Shown: positions 1 through 10,621, counted from the first letter of the stretch. The stretch is 52,354 nucleotides of DNA from an uncultured Planctomycetaceae bacterium (GCA_964626885.1 CAZVJA010000010.1:1-52354); one strand, 5' to 3'. Notes: generated from the letters alone by a model not told the origin. Translations and numbers: made by a program.

Positions 1-56
1 AACCGGAGCCGTACTCTTTTTTCACTCATCCGTCAATTAGAAGACTGGCTCTTAGC

Positions 57-317
57 TTATTTCGACTCTGTCGGGTTGGCAGTCGCTCCTCGAATCGAAC
101 GCCGAACAAACGACCACACGGCACCACCAGTAGCCATGCCAAGCACATACACTATGACAACCAAGAACGGTAGCGGCAGACTGATACTCCAGCCGAGAAA
201 AGAGACAGCCACCGTCGCCAGGTTCTGCACACAGAACAGGACGACCAACGCCGCCAGTAACAGCACGATCGCGGTATAAATATATCGCATGCTGAGTTCT
301 CCCATATCGCACACCAT
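57..317 (-). CDS. small two-TM membrane protein, LapA/DUF1049-like
   Basis: 86 aa with two hydrophobic helices (IYTAIVLLLAALVVLFCV and LPLPFLVVIVYVLGMATGGAVWSF). Size and pattern resemble the LapA-domain family. No strong motif. Confidence 0.3.
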   Translation of the reverse strand: MVCDMGELSMRYIYTAIVLLLAALVVLFCVQNLATVAVSFLGWSISLPLPFLVVIVYVLGMATGGAVWSFVRRSIRGATANPTESK

Positions 318-451
318 CAGATTCGATGTGCGCCAGTCTCCTCACTCTTAGATCGACGATAGACCGCCTTCTAGAGAGGCGAGGCGATTGACCGTTCCGC
401 CGGTCTCACGCATTCTCTGAATGACCTTGGTATTCGAACACAACTGTTCGA

Positions 452-2941
452 CTACTGTATGCGCTCAACCTTCCCCTGATAGCTGATGTTTTGCAATAAG
501 GCATAGCGGACAATATTGACGGCGATGCGGACTGCGTCTTCGTGAGAGTAGCCCACGCATGCGACCGAAGCCTGGCGCTCCAGGGCACAACTGAGGTCGA
601 ACTTGCTGTATACAATGACGTACCGTCCATCGATTTCGATGCCTTCGAGGTATGGTTCTCCGATCTGGACATCGGCTTGGATGGCTCCGTCCGAATTACC
701 GGCTCCGGGAACGCGCCGCTTCACCTGACGGATGTCATAACCGATCTTCGTCGTGAAGATTTCATGCTCGGGGGGGATGCGTTCGAATTTTTTGTCGGGG
801 TAGAGTTCAGCCACAAGTTCCCGAAAAGCCGCGTCAAACTGCGGAGCGCCGCAGCAGGCATCGGCGAAGAGAACATTTCCCCGCGAGAGATACTCCACAA
901 GTTGCTTGCGTTCTTGCGATCCGAACTGAAAGCCGGCCCGGCCGTGCATGTAGAGAACGGGATACTGAAACAGATTGGAATCGGTAACAGCCAGATCACG
1001 TTGTTTGGTCGAGGCGACGGTGTCCGCGGCCTTATTCAAGGCCACCAGCAAGTGACGCAGCGCGCTCGGGGCGGCGTTCCAATCTCCGGGGTGTCGCAAC
1101 TTGGCGATTTGCAGGAATCCCCGTTCGATCTGGTCTTGCGTCCCCGGTCCTTCCTCGGTGAGCTCGTACGTGTCAAGCTTACCGGGTGGTTCCCGGCCGG
1201 TGACGTATGCCACAACGTTCACACCAACCTTGAGCGCCTTGGCGATCCTGGTGTTGAAATCGACCGGCCGATCCGGGGGTTGGATCAACACGACTTTGTC
1301 CCACAGGCAGGCGTAGTCCTCGGGGGAATAGATCAGCGGTGTACGGCAGCCGACATCGATTCCCCACAGTTCCGTTCCTTCCGAGTCCAGAATGTACTCA
1401 CTCCGAAAGACCGCATGCTGCGGACCGAGCCGCTTCAATTCGACTTCCCCGTCAGGATACATGCGGCGGACGAGGTCGCGAATACCCTGGTCAAAACCGC
1501 GACCGTTACAGTTATTCACGGCGAAGATAAAGCCCCCTTCCAGAATGTATCGCTTCAGCAAGGCGACCTCTTCGTCCGTGAAGGTGGGGGCATCGACACC
1601 GCTGAGATACAGAATTGGGGCTTGCAGCAGATCCTGCACGCCGCCCTGTTTTGTCACGGCCGGTAAATTCACTTGCTGCCAGGTCAAGAGCTTCGGCCAC
1701 TTGTCGAGATTGCTGATGTGCTCTGTCAGATTCCGAATATCGTTGCGGTGCTGGTTCCAGTTCGGGACTTTGGCGGGAGCGTTGGCGGCACGCAGTCGTC
1801 GCGGATCTCCCACGGGGTCGTTCTCATAGTTCAATTTGTTGATCAGCACGGGCGCCAAGCCCTTGGAGAGAAACAGTGTGGCGAAGCTCGTGCTGACAAT
1901 CGTGCAGCTTTCGGAGACTCGCGAATCGGACCAGGAGCCGCTTCGAGCGGACTGATTCCCCACGAGGAAGCTGGCCCCTTCCCGGTACCAGTCGTGCTGT
2001 CCGAAAAACCTTCGGCCGCTCAGTCGTCCCGCCCGCTCCATGCCGTAGAGGTAGTACAGGATCCAGCGGCCGTCGAACGGATTGCTCCCGACGGTAAAGT
2101 GCTGCTCCATCCAGGCAATCCCTCTGTCGAGAGCATCATTCGGAGGAGGGCCGCCGCAGCAGCGGGGAGTGCCATCCGGGTTCACATCGTCTTCATCTCT
2201 GAGCATGGACTCGGTGATGACGAGCGTCGCGATACCGGCGGCCGTCATGCTGCCGGTGCTGCCTCCTTCCCCCGCCATTCTGTAGTTCCATCCTCCATCG
2301 CCGCTCTGCGCGTTGAGCCAATGCTTGCGGGCCCGTTCCCAGACGGCACGATCGACGTTGACCCCCGCAGCGGCGGCTTCTCGCAGTCCGAGCACCGCGT
2401 ATTGAGTATTGCTGTTGTCCCCCCCTCCATTTTGCGACACGGTGTATGACCACCCCCCCGTGAATTCCCCGTGCTTGATCTGCCCCTCTTCCAGCTTGTT
2501 CGCGATTAAACGAATGATGCGAATGTCGCTTTTGTCCTTCGCCGCGGCCAACGCCATCGCCATCAGTGAGATTTCATAGATTTCCGTCATTTGGGGCTCC
2601 TTAATCGATCGCAGATAGGAGAGCCCCTTGGCAACCGGTGGGTCGGACGGCTTCATGCCTGCGTTCAGCAGCGCCAGCGTTGCCAAACTGCTGACGCCAA
2701 TCTGATATCTGCTCCAGCCCGCGAAATCGGACGACCAAGACCCATCTTCTCGCTGTTTGCTGATAAGGTATTGCGTCGCGCGGGTGATCGCGCTGTCGAC
2801 TTCTTCTTTCGTCAATTCGGCGGCCGGCTTCTGCCTTTGTGGTCGCTGGAAAAGCTGGGCCTGGGCAGAGACGGGAACCGTGCCGCAGAATGCCGTGGCG
2901 ATCAGCATGATCACGATCAACGGGCGACTGAAAGAGTTCAT
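452..2941 (-). CDS. secreted protein with prenyltransferase/squalene-cyclase-like repeats and tandem C-terminal DUF4159-like domains
   Basis: 829 aa. N-terminal signal peptide (MNSFSRPLIVIMLIATAFCGTVPVSAQA). Repeated GxW/DGSW/DGGW motifs are typical of alpha-alpha toroid squalene-cyclase/prenyltransferase repeats. Two C-terminal segments carry a YLxG/YMHGRAGF ... FAD/FAV..CCG/CNG ... signature typical of DUF4159. Its divergent neighbours are moxR and DUF58, a Bat-like context. Confidence 0.6.
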   Translation of the reverse strand: MNSFSRPLIVIMLIATAFCGTVPVSAQAQLFQRPQRQKPAAELTKEEVDSAITRATQYLISKQREDGSWSSDFAGWSRYQIGVSSLATLALLNAGMKPSDPPVAKGLSYLRSIKEPQMTEIYEISLMAMALAAAKDKSDIRIIRLIANKLEEGQIKHGEFTGGWSYTVSQNGGGDNSNTQYAVLGLREAAAAGVNVDRAVWERARKHWLNAQSGDGGWNYRMAGEGGSTGSMTAAGIATLVITESMLRDEDDVNPDGTPRCCGGPPPNDALDRGIAWMEQHFTVGSNPFDGRWILYYLYGMERAGRLSGRRFFGQHDWYREGASFLVGNQSARSGSWSDSRVSESCTIVSTSFATLFLSKGLAPVLINKLNYENDPVGDPRRLRAANAPAKVPNWNQHRNDIRNLTEHISNLDKWPKLLTWQQVNLPAVTKQGGVQDLLQAPILYLSGVDAPTFTDEEVALLKRYILEGGFIFAVNNCNGRGFDQGIRDLVRRMYPDGEVELKRLGPQHAVFRSEYILDSEGTELWGIDVGCRTPLIYSPEDYACLWDKVVLIQPPDRPVDFNTRIAKALKVGVNVVAYVTGREPPGKLDTYELTEEGPGTQDQIERGFLQIAKLRHPGDWNAAPSALRHLLVALNKAADTVASTKQRDLAVTDSNLFQYPVLYMHGRAGFQFGSQERKQLVEYLSRGNVLFADACCGAPQFDAAFRELVAELYPDKKFERIPPEHEIFTTKIGYDIRQVKRRVPGAGNSDGAIQADVQIGEPYLEGIEIDGRYVIVYSKFDLSCALERQASVACVGYSHEDAVRIAVNIVRYALLQNISYQGKVERIQ

Positions 2942-3267
2942 TCGCCGAGTCTCCTGCTTTAAAGAACTGACAGCGGGAACCGACAGTGCTCTTACTTACA
3001 CCCGAAAGATGGGCTGTTCCTCGTGAGATGGTTTCGAGAGGATCATCCGAGTGGACCTTTCCCGCTATTATTGTAGCACCAAGCCCCCCCTGTGGGACAA
3101 GACCGAGCCGCGCATCTCCGCTGGAAGGACAGCTGCCGAAGTCAAAGTGACGCGGGTTTGCCGCAGGAATCGCTACGGCGGACAATTTCCTGCCTGTGCG
3201 AATTTCTTCCGACTGCTAGAATCAAAACGCCGCCGCGACGGCGTTGGCGTAACATTTAGCCGGTTGT

Positions 3268-4320
3268 TTGTCCGGTTTCAAACCATCTCACGGGAGATCC
3301 GCATTGGCTGCCGACAAGCGAGACTTCGACGAGTTTCTGGAAAAGTTCAAGCGGCATCACGATCTGATGGTGGAGGAGCTGCACAAGGTCATCATCGGCC
3401 AGGATGCGGTGATCGAACAAATCCTGAGCGCGATCTTCACCGGAGGGCATTGCCTACTGGTCGGCGTGCCAGGATTGGCGAAAACGCTCGTCGTGAGCAC
3501 CATCGCACAAATTCTGGACGCAACTTTTCGCCGGATTCAATTTACTCCCGATCTCATGCCTTCGGACATCACCGGCACCAACGTGCTCGATGAGTCGGAT
3601 GCCGGACGCAGGGAATTTCGATTCGTGCCGGGCCCGGTCTTCACGAACATTCTCTTGGCGGACGAAATCAATCGGACGCCTCCGAAGACACAAGCGGCGT
3701 TGTTGCAGGCGATGCAGGAACGGGAAGTCACCGCCGGCCAGTCGACCTACCCCCTCCCCGAGCCCTTCTTCGTGATTGCGACGCAGAATCCGATCGAGCA
3801 GGAAGGAACGTACCCCCTTCCGGAAGCGCAGCTTGACCGCTTTATGTTCAACGTCAAAGTTGACTACCCGAAGCTCGAGGAAGAAGAGCAGATTCTGTCG
3901 CGGACCACTGCGGGGGAAAAACCGGAGATTCGCAAAGTTCTTTCGTCGAAGTCGATTTTGTTCCTGCAAAGACAGATCAACCAGATCGAGGCCTCTCCGC
4001 TGACAATCAACTACGTCGCGCGGCTTGTGCGGGCAACACGTCCCAGCGACGAGTCGTCTCCGAAGTTTGTGAAAGAACTCGTGGACTGGGGGGCCGGCCC
4101 CCGAGCGGGGCAATACCTGATTTCCGGCGCGAAAGCCGTCGCGGCGATGGATGGCCGGCCGAGTGTATCGCTCGACGACGTCCGGCGCGTCGCCATTCCG
4201 GTGCTGCGGCACCGCGTGTCGACGAACTTCCAATCCCAGGCGGAAGGATTGACGACTGAAGATATCGTGGGGCGGCTGTTGGAGGAGATTCCGGAGCCGA
4301 CCGTAGCGAAGTACGAATGA
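3268..4320 (+). CDS. moxR: MoxR-family AAA+ ATPase
   Basis: Walker A (GVPGLAKT), Walker B (LLADEINR) and the sensor region TPPKTQAALLQAMQE. Typical length of 350 aa. Confidence 0.9.
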   Translation: MSGFKPSHGRSALAADKRDFDEFLEKFKRHHDLMVEELHKVIIGQDAVIEQILSAIFTGGHCLLVGVPGLAKTLVVSTIAQILDATFRRIQFTPDLMPSDITGTNVLDESDAGRREFRFVPGPVFTNILLADEINRTPPKTQAALLQAMQEREVTAGQSTYPLPEPFFVIATQNPIEQEGTYPLPEAQLDRFMFNVKVDYPKLEEEEQILSRTTAGEKPEIRKVLSSKSILFLQRQINQIEASPLTINYVARLVRATRPSDESSPKFVKELVDWGAGPRAGQYLISGAKAVAAMDGRPSVSLDDVRRVAIPVLRHRVSTNFQSQAEGLTTEDIVGRLLEEIPEPTVAKYE

Positions 4321-4428
4321 AGCTGCGAGCAATCAGCTTTCAGCGATCAGACGGACGACGGTAGATGAACATTTTCGAGGGTTCTAGGCCTCGAACCCTC
4401 GCCCCCTAAAACCCTACTCCCTTTTCAC

Positions 4429-5325
4429 ATGCCGCACGCTGAAGATTATCTCAAGCCCGAAGTAATCCGCACCGTCTCGCGGCTGGATCTGCGCGCGCGG
4501 TTCATCGTCGAGGGCTTTCTGAACGGCTTGCACGCCAGCCCCTATCATGGGTTCAGCGTCGAGTTCAGTGAGCATCGACGCTACTCACAAGGGGATGATC
4601 CGAAAGATATCGACTGGCTCGTCTACGCGAAGACCGATCGCTACTACATCAAGAAATATCAGGCCGAGACGAACATCACCGGTTACCTGCTGCTCGATTT
4701 GTCCGAGAGCATGGGCTACACGTATCGCCAGAAATTGACCAAATTCGATTACTCCGTCTGCCTCGCGGCGGCGCTCGGGTACATGATGATCCATCAGCAG
4801 GATCCGGTCGGGCTGATGACATTCGACGACGCGCTCCGTTCCAGCCTGCCGGCGCGAAGCCGCCGGACTCAGCTAGGGAACATCCTGGCGGTTCTCTCCA
4901 AAGCCCAGCCGACCGGGCCGACCGAAATCGCACATAACCTGCGGCGGATCGCTGCAATGGTGAAGCACCGCAGCCTGCTGATGCTGTTCTCGGATCTACT
5001 GACGGATCCTGGCCCGGTCGTCGAGGCGTTGCACATGCTCCGTTATGCCGGCCATGATTTGATTCTGTTTCATGTACTGGACGAAGCCGAGGTAACGTTT
5101 CCGTTTGATGGCATGGTCGACCTGAAGGATCCGGAAACGGGGGAGTCGCTGGTCGTGGATGCTGCCGGTATGCGTGCCGACTACCAGGAAACATTGAAGG
5201 AACTGCGGCAAAGGTTTCAGCGGGAGTGCCGCTCGATGGGGGTCGACTACGTGCCGCTCGACACGAGCATGCCGTTTGATAAGGCGCTCCTGGAGTACCT
5301 GTCGCAGCGGCAGGCGCGTTTCTAG
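4429..5325 (+). CDS. DUF58 (vWA-like) protein, MoxR partner
   Basis: 298 aa. HxxxxGxxxEFxxxRxYxxGDD motif (YHGFSVEFSEHRRYSQGDD) followed by LLLDLSESM. Sits immediately downstream of moxR. Confidence 0.8.
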   Translation: MPHAEDYLKPEVIRTVSRLDLRARFIVEGFLNGLHASPYHGFSVEFSEHRRYSQGDDPKDIDWLVYAKTDRYYIKKYQAETNITGYLLLDLSESMGYTYRQKLTKFDYSVCLAAALGYMMIHQQDPVGLMTFDDALRSSLPARSRRTQLGNILAVLSKAQPTGPTEIAHNLRRIAAMVKHRSLLMLFSDLLTDPGPVVEALHMLRYAGHDLILFHVLDEAEVTFPFDGMVDLKDPETGESLVVDAAGMRADYQETLKELRQRFQRECRSMGVDYVPLDTSMPFDKALLEYLSQRQARF

Positions 5326-5720
5326 GCTGGAACCCGGCGTTGAACCTCGCATTCCCTGCCGGTGACACTGTACCGACCGACAGTTCCGGGCACCGGCGGG
5401 TTTCGCCAATTGTCACGACCGGTCGGCATCGGGTACGAATCAGCATGGGAACGGCACCCCTGTCTTGCAATGGGTTGTGCCCCCCCTTAAAGTGAAAATT
5501 CGGCTGAACTCGGCGGTTTTGCGCGGAGTTCCACGCTCAAGAGCGAGATTGGCCCGTTGTTCGACGGACTTAATCTCAACCAACACTAGTCTGGTGAATC
5601 TCCGATTTCTCACGGATCGTGCTGAATCACCGCACACCGGAAAATCCACCCAACGGGGTCGGGTCGCATTTCGTAAAGCGTATCGCAGGCGTTGTGTCTT
5701 CGTTTTGGCAAGGACTACCG

Positions 5721-6641
5721 ATGCAAACCGAATCGGTCATTGAAATCCGGCATCTGACCAAGATCTATCGTGACTTCTGGGGCCGGAAGAAGGTCCGGGC
5801 GCTCAACTCGTTGAGCCTGGATGTGTACAAGGGGGAGGTCTTCGGTCTGCTCGGCCCCAACGGTTCGGGCAAGACGACGACGGTCAAGCTGCTGCTGGGC
5901 CTGCTCTTCCCGACGGAAGGAGAGATCTCGATTCTTGGAAAGCCGGCGACCGACGTCTCGAAAAACGAGCGCATCGGTTACCTCCCCGAAGAATCGTATC
6001 TTTACCGCTTTCTGAATGCGGAAGAGACTCTCGATTTCTACGGACGCTTGTTCGATATCTCTCCGTCCGAGCGTCGTGATCGCGCCGATTCGCTGATCAA
6101 AATGGTCGGTCTGGATGGGGCACGTAAGCGGCAATTGAAAGAGTATTCAAAGGGGATGACGCGCCGCATTGGTTTGGCGCAGGCCCTGATCAATAATCCC
6201 GACCTCGTCATGCTCGACGAACCAACCAGCGGCCTCGACCCGATCGGTACTCGCGAGATGAAGGATCTCATCCTCCGGCTGAAGTCCGAAGGGAAAACGG
6301 TCGTTATGTGCAGCCACCAATTGGCCGACGTGCAAGACGTCTGCGATCGAGTGGCAATCCTTTATGGTGGTGAATTGAAGGTTCTGGGGAAAGTTTCCGA
6401 GCTGCTGCAAGAGCAGTCGGAGACCGAATTGCTGACAACAAAGCTCGGCGACGCCGCGATTCGTGAAGTGGAAGCCGTCCTGGCGAAGCACGGCGCGAAA
6501 ATGGTCAAGGTCGATCACCCCACCGTCACGCTGGAAGAACTGTTCCTGAAGATCGTGCACGAAAGCAAGGCACGTCCCGGACAGCGCTTCTCGACCGATG
6601 GGGACTCGCCGGTCGCGAAGGGCGGTGCAGCAGCTCCATAG
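5721..6641 (+). CDS. ABC transporter ATP-binding protein
   Basis: Walker A ([12 protein letters not shown]), signature variant ([15 protein letters not shown]), Walker B ([12 protein letters not shown]) and H-loop (VVMCSHQL). Start placed at the internal ATG ([12 protein letters not shown]). The ORF is open from 5619. Confidence 0.85.
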   Translation: MQTESVIEIRHLTKIYRDFWGRKKVRALNSLSLDVYKGEVFGLLGPNGSGKTTTVKLLLGLLFPTEGEISILGKPATDVSKNERIGYLPEESYLYRFLNAEETLDFYGRLFDISPSERRDRADSLIKMVGLDGARKRQLKEYSKGMTRRIGLAQALINNPDLVMLDEPTSGLDPIGTREMKDLILRLKSEGKTVVMCSHQLADVQDVCDRVAILYGGELKVLGKVSELLQEQSETELLTTKLGDAAIREVEAVLAKHGAKMVKVDHPTVTLEELFLKIVHESKARPGQRFSTDGDSPVAKGGAAAP

Positions 6642-6826
6642 CAGGCGGCCACGAAATAAAGGTTGTTCGAAGTCGCCTGCTTATTTGCTGCCCGTCTGCC
6701 GAAATCATGGCTCGGGGACATCAAGCGAGAGGGCAATCCCGATCGTAACGAGTGAAATTCGTCGAAAAGAGTTTGGTCTTTAACGAAGAAATACAACGCG
6801 AGACAAAGCGGACTGAGTGATGACCT

Positions 6827-8470
6827 ATGGATCATGATGTCATAGCCTATCCCGTTCTTTCCGGCCTGATTGTTTGGGCGAAGGTGTTCTTTGCCTGCCT
6901 GGGCATCGTGGCAGTGGTGTCGTTGGTTTTTTCGATCGCCAACAACGGCTTCGGCGAGGGTTTCCGCATCTGGCTTCGCGGGATCGCCAACGGAGTTGTC
7001 GATTTCGCTCACACTTCATTCCGCCGGGTTTGGGCGATTGCCATGCTGACGATCCGCGAGGCGATTCGCCGGAAGGCGCTGGTCGTGTTCGTGATCTTTG
7101 CCGTGTTGTTCATGTTTGCCGGCTGGTTTCTTCCCGAATCCGCCAGCAAACCGGACATGCTGGTTAAGGTAAACGTCAGCTTTGTGCTTAAGACGATCCT
7201 GTGGCTGATCCTGCCGGTGATGCTTCTGCTCGCTTGTTGGGGAATTCCAGAGGATATCCGCCTCCGTTCGATGCACACCGTGGTGACGAAGCCGGTACGC
7301 CGCAGCGAGATTGTCATGGGGCGCATCCTCGGTTTTACCGCTGTCGGTACGATGATCGTAGGGGTGATGAGCGGGGTGGGCTATTTGTGGCTCTATCGAC
7401 AAATTCCCCAGGATGTTCGTAAACAGGAACTGATCTGCCGGGTTCCTGTGTTCGCTACGCTGAGCTTCCTGAATCGGGAAGGGAATCCGTCTAACAAAGG
7501 AGTCAACACAGGGGACGTTTGGGACTTTCGTTCCTTTATTGAAGGGGCTACGAAATCCGCGGCGATTTGGGATTTCCAGGGAATTGGCCCGGAGGCACTG
7601 GTGCCGGTGGAGGACTCCACGACAGGCGAGATTGGTCCGGGGCTGCTGCTTGAGGTTCGTTTTGAGTCGTTCCGATCGCACAAAGGCGTGATTGGTAAGG
7701 GGCTGTTGGCACAATTGCGTCTCTCGAATCCGGAGGGAACAATCAGGCCGACGATTCCGCCGATTGAAGTCGCTGAGTTTCGCGGGAACCTCGTCGCGAT
7801 TCCACGAAAGATTTCCTATTTCGATGACGGAGCCAAAGCCACGAAAACCGTCGACTTGCTCGACGATCTTGTGGGCCCGAAGGGAGAATTACGGATCGAG
7901 ACACAGTGCCTGAACTCAGGCCAGTACCTGGGGATGGCACGGCCTGATCTGTTTATCCGCACGCCCGATCGCCATTTTGCCGTCGGATATTTCAAGGCCG
8001 TGATGGGGATCTGGCTCATGATGGCCCTCATGACCATGATCGGAGTCACAACCAGTTGCTTCGTGAAGGGCCCGGTGGCAACGCTGTGTACGTTCATGAT
8101 GCTCGCGGTGGGGCATTGGATGCGCGAGTTGATGGAGAAAATCGTCTCCGGCGAGCAGCAGGGGGGCGGACCGCTGGAATCGGTCTACCGAATGGTGATG
8201 CACTTGAACCAGGTTACCGAGTTGGACCCGGCATGGTGGGTCAAACCGGTGAAGTTCCTGGACCGCGCCGCAATTGAATTTCTGTGGCTGTGCAAGCAGG
8301 TGATTCCTAATTTCGATTATTTCGACATGGATGGCTATGTCGCGAATGGGTTCGACGTCAATTTCGGCGCTGCAATGGTTCCCAGCCTGCTCATCACGGC
8401 TGGGTTTGTGCTCCCGTGTCTGTTGATCGGCTACTACAGCCTCAGACTGCGGGAACTGGAGGCCAAGTGA
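6827..8470 (+). CDS. large polytopic membrane protein, probable ABC-2-type permease with a big periplasmic domain
   Basis: 547 aa. Multiple TM helices at both ends flank a roughly 250 aa soluble segment. Immediately downstream of the ABC ATPase, same strand. Confidence 0.55.
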   Translation: MDHDVIAYPVLSGLIVWAKVFFACLGIVAVVSLVFSIANNGFGEGFRIWLRGIANGVVDFAHTSFRRVWAIAMLTIREAIRRKALVVFVIFAVLFMFAGWFLPESASKPDMLVKVNVSFVLKTILWLILPVMLLLACWGIPEDIRLRSMHTVVTKPVRRSEIVMGRILGFTAVGTMIVGVMSGVGYLWLYRQIPQDVRKQELICRVPVFATLSFLNREGNPSNKGVNTGDVWDFRSFIEGATKSAAIWDFQGIGPEALVPVEDSTTGEIGPGLLLEVRFESFRSHKGVIGKGLLAQLRLSNPEGTIRPTIPPIEVAEFRGNLVAIPRKISYFDDGAKATKTVDLLDDLVGPKGELRIETQCLNSGQYLGMARPDLFIRTPDRHFAVGYFKAVMGIWLMMALMTMIGVTTSCFVKGPVATLCTFMMLAVGHWMRELMEKIVSGEQQGGGPLESVYRMVMHLNQVTELDPAWWVKPVKFLDRAAIEFLWLCKQVIPNFDYFDMDGYVANGFDVNFGAAMVPSLLITAGFVLPCLLIGYYSLRLRELEAK

Positions 8471-9795
8471 GCCAGCTTTCTTCAAGACAGCGAAAGATCG
8501 CATACTTTGTGGCAATTGCCCTGTTGGCGATTCCCATTTTCTTGCTCGGCATGCCCGCCGGTTCGTCAACGGGAGAGCAGGGAGGAAAGCTGGCCGAGTT
8601 GCGAGCTTTCTACGAACTGGGTGAGCCAAATCTTGGAGATGTTGATCCCACGAGTGCGACCATGAACCTGGTGCTGCTCGGGTTCCGGGGTGTGGCCGCT
8701 AACCTGCTCTGGCAGGACTGCCTGCACTATGAGCAGACCAAGAACTGGGCGAAAGTACGCTCCACCCGCGATTCCGTCATTTTGCTGCAGCCGCATTTCA
8801 CGAAGGTCTTGCGGCACTATGGCTGGGACACGGCGTGGAACATCGCCGCGGAGTGGGACGCCGTTGAAGACCGCTTCTTCTGGATCAAGGACGGAATCAA
8901 GTTCCTTCAACGGGGAACACGCACCAACCGCAAAGCGGCGGAGATGTATTTTGACACCGCGCGAACGATGGGGCAGAAGATCGGCACGGCGGACGAAAAA
9001 TCCTATTACATCAAGTTTTTCCGTGAAGATCCGGACAAAGAGAAATTCAAGGGAGGGCCGGATTTACAGATCAATCCGGAGAACAAACCGCATTTTCTTG
9101 CGGCGCGCGATGTCTACAACGACGCGAATCGCGTCGAGGAAACCTATGGGCAGCGCCAGATGGCACGCTTGCTGTTCCGACAATATCCCTACCTCTCCCT
9201 GATGCAAAATTCCGTTGAACTACAGGAGTTAGGCGATTTCGGTGAAGTTACCCGCGCAGCTTGGAACGAAGCGTTCGACGAATGGACGCAAAAATTCGGC
9301 CAGGAACCCTATGCAACGTTCGTCGGCATTGTCCGACTCGAGATGACGGATGAAGATGTTGAATCCTCAGCCAAGGAGCAGCAGATCAATGCGAACGATC
9401 TGCGCGGGACGGTGGATACCTACCAGAGAATGGTGAATTACCGTTACTGGCGAACCCGTGCACTTTCTGAGTCGGAGGCATTAACGGAACAGGCCCACCG
9501 CGAAATCTTTGAGGGCCAGCAGGCGTTCAAGGAGGCCAAGCTCACAAGGGCCAGGGAACTTCTCGAGAGCGGTATGACGAAATACGCACAGGTCATCCAG
9601 AAATATAACTCACTGGCCAGTGAAGACGGGGCGATCGATGAGATCCTGAACGCCCTGCTCTATTGGCGATATATTCTGCAGCTTCAGCAGCAGCCCATCC
9701 CTCGCGAATACCCGTTACGCGGAATTTGGGACCAGAATCAGCCGAAGATTGGCGAACTCGACCGGCGCTTCAAGCTGGAAAACGGGTTGCAATAA
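8467..9795 (+). CDS. hypothetical membrane-anchored periplasmic protein, translationally coupled to the upstream permease
   Basis: GTG start overlaps the permease stop (AAGTGAGCC). One N-terminal TM helix (IAYFVAIALLAIPIFLLGM) followed by a soluble domain of about 400 aa. Confidence 0.5.
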   Translation: MSQLSSRQRKIAYFVAIALLAIPIFLLGMPAGSSTGEQGGKLAELRAFYELGEPNLGDVDPTSATMNLVLLGFRGVAANLLWQDCLHYEQTKNWAKVRSTRDSVILLQPHFTKVLRHYGWDTAWNIAAEWDAVEDRFFWIKDGIKFLQRGTRTNRKAAEMYFDTARTMGQKIGTADEKSYYIKFFREDPDKEKFKGGPDLQINPENKPHFLAARDVYNDANRVEETYGQRQMARLLFRQYPYLSLMQNSVELQELGDFGEVTRAAWNEAFDEWTQKFGQEPYATFVGIVRLEMTDEDVESSAKEQQINANDLRGTVDTYQRMVNYRYWRTRALSESEALTEQAHREIFEGQQAFKEAKLTRARELLESGMTKYAQVIQKYNSLASEDGAIDEILNALLYWRYILQLQQQPIPREYPLRGIWDQNQPKIGELDRRFKLENGLQ

Positions 9796-10306
9796 TCTCC
9801 CCGGCGCGGTTCGGAGTATTCCCAGGGCGGGTTGCCGTCCGCTGGGTCACGTGTTGCGGTTTGTTGTGAAAAGCGTAATTTCCCGCGGCAAATCGCGTTA
9901 TGGCCGAGCCTGATTCGCCGAAGCAGTGTCATTAGAAGAGGATGCCAAGCCTCTCTGCAAACCCCTGGATTCAATCGCCATGTATGACCTGGACTTCGCG
10001 GGCATCACTCTCGATTGAGCGGTACGAGGATGAGTTGGTAGCAGGTCTCCGTCCCTCGTCACTGGATTTGCAATCACATTCCGGCATGGCTAGACTCGAC
10101 CGGGTTGATGTTGCATAGCCTAAAAAGGCCTTTGACGGCGGTGTTCGTGACGACGCCGATCTCAACACCGGCGGGAGGAATGACTAATTACAAGTAATCC
10201 TATCGAGCGAGACCAGAGCTCACGTTCAACGCAAAGTCTTCAGCAGGCTTGTCTTTGTGCGAAAATCGCTGACGATTATCGCGGGAAAGACACCGTCGTC
10301 CTGGAT

Positions 10307-10621
10307 TTGACCGGTATCACCCCGATCTTCGATTATTTCGTGCTGACAACCGGAAACAGCCCGAGGCAGATGCGAGCCATCGCCGATGAGGTTGACCGTG
10401 TACTTCGAGAGCAGGGGGCTGAACGGCTGGGACTCGAAGGCTACGAAACAAGCACGTGGCTTCTGCAAGACTACGGCGACATCGTGCTGCACATCTTCAC
10501 GCCGGAAGCACGCGGCATCTACGATCTGGAGCACTTGTGGGGAGACGCTCCGCGCGTCGACTGGCGCACCGCGTGCAACGAGCCGACGGAGCAGCCGACT
10601 TCCCACCGCGCCGCACTGTGA
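10307..10621 (+). CDS. rsfS: ribosomal silencing factor RsfS (Iojap)
   Basis: Conserved core: DYFVLTTGNSPRQMRAIADEV...GYETSTWLLQDYGDIVLHIFTPEARGIYDLEHLWGD. The listed start is TTG. The conserved N-terminal strand (AKIADDYRGKDTVVLDL) lies in-frame upstream, back to 10184, without a canonical start codon. Confidence 0.7.
   Translation: MTGITPIFDYFVLTTGNSPRQMRAIADEVDRVLREQGAERLGLEGYETSTWLLQDYGDIVLHIFTPEARGIYDLEHLWGDAPRVDWRTACNEPTEQPTSHRAAL

Noticed and set aside
542-1666. 374-aa plus-strand ORF
   Set aside because: Entirely antisense to the well-supported 829-aa DUF4159/cyclase-repeat gene. No motifs. Typical high-GC shadow ORF.
3454-4332. 292-aa minus-strand ORF
   Set aside because: Antisense to moxR, which has unmistakable AAA+ motifs. 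Arg/Pro-rich low-complexity translation.
4676-5470. 264-aa minus-strand ORF
   Set aside because: Antisense to the DUF58 gene. Composition-biased (R/P/A-rich).
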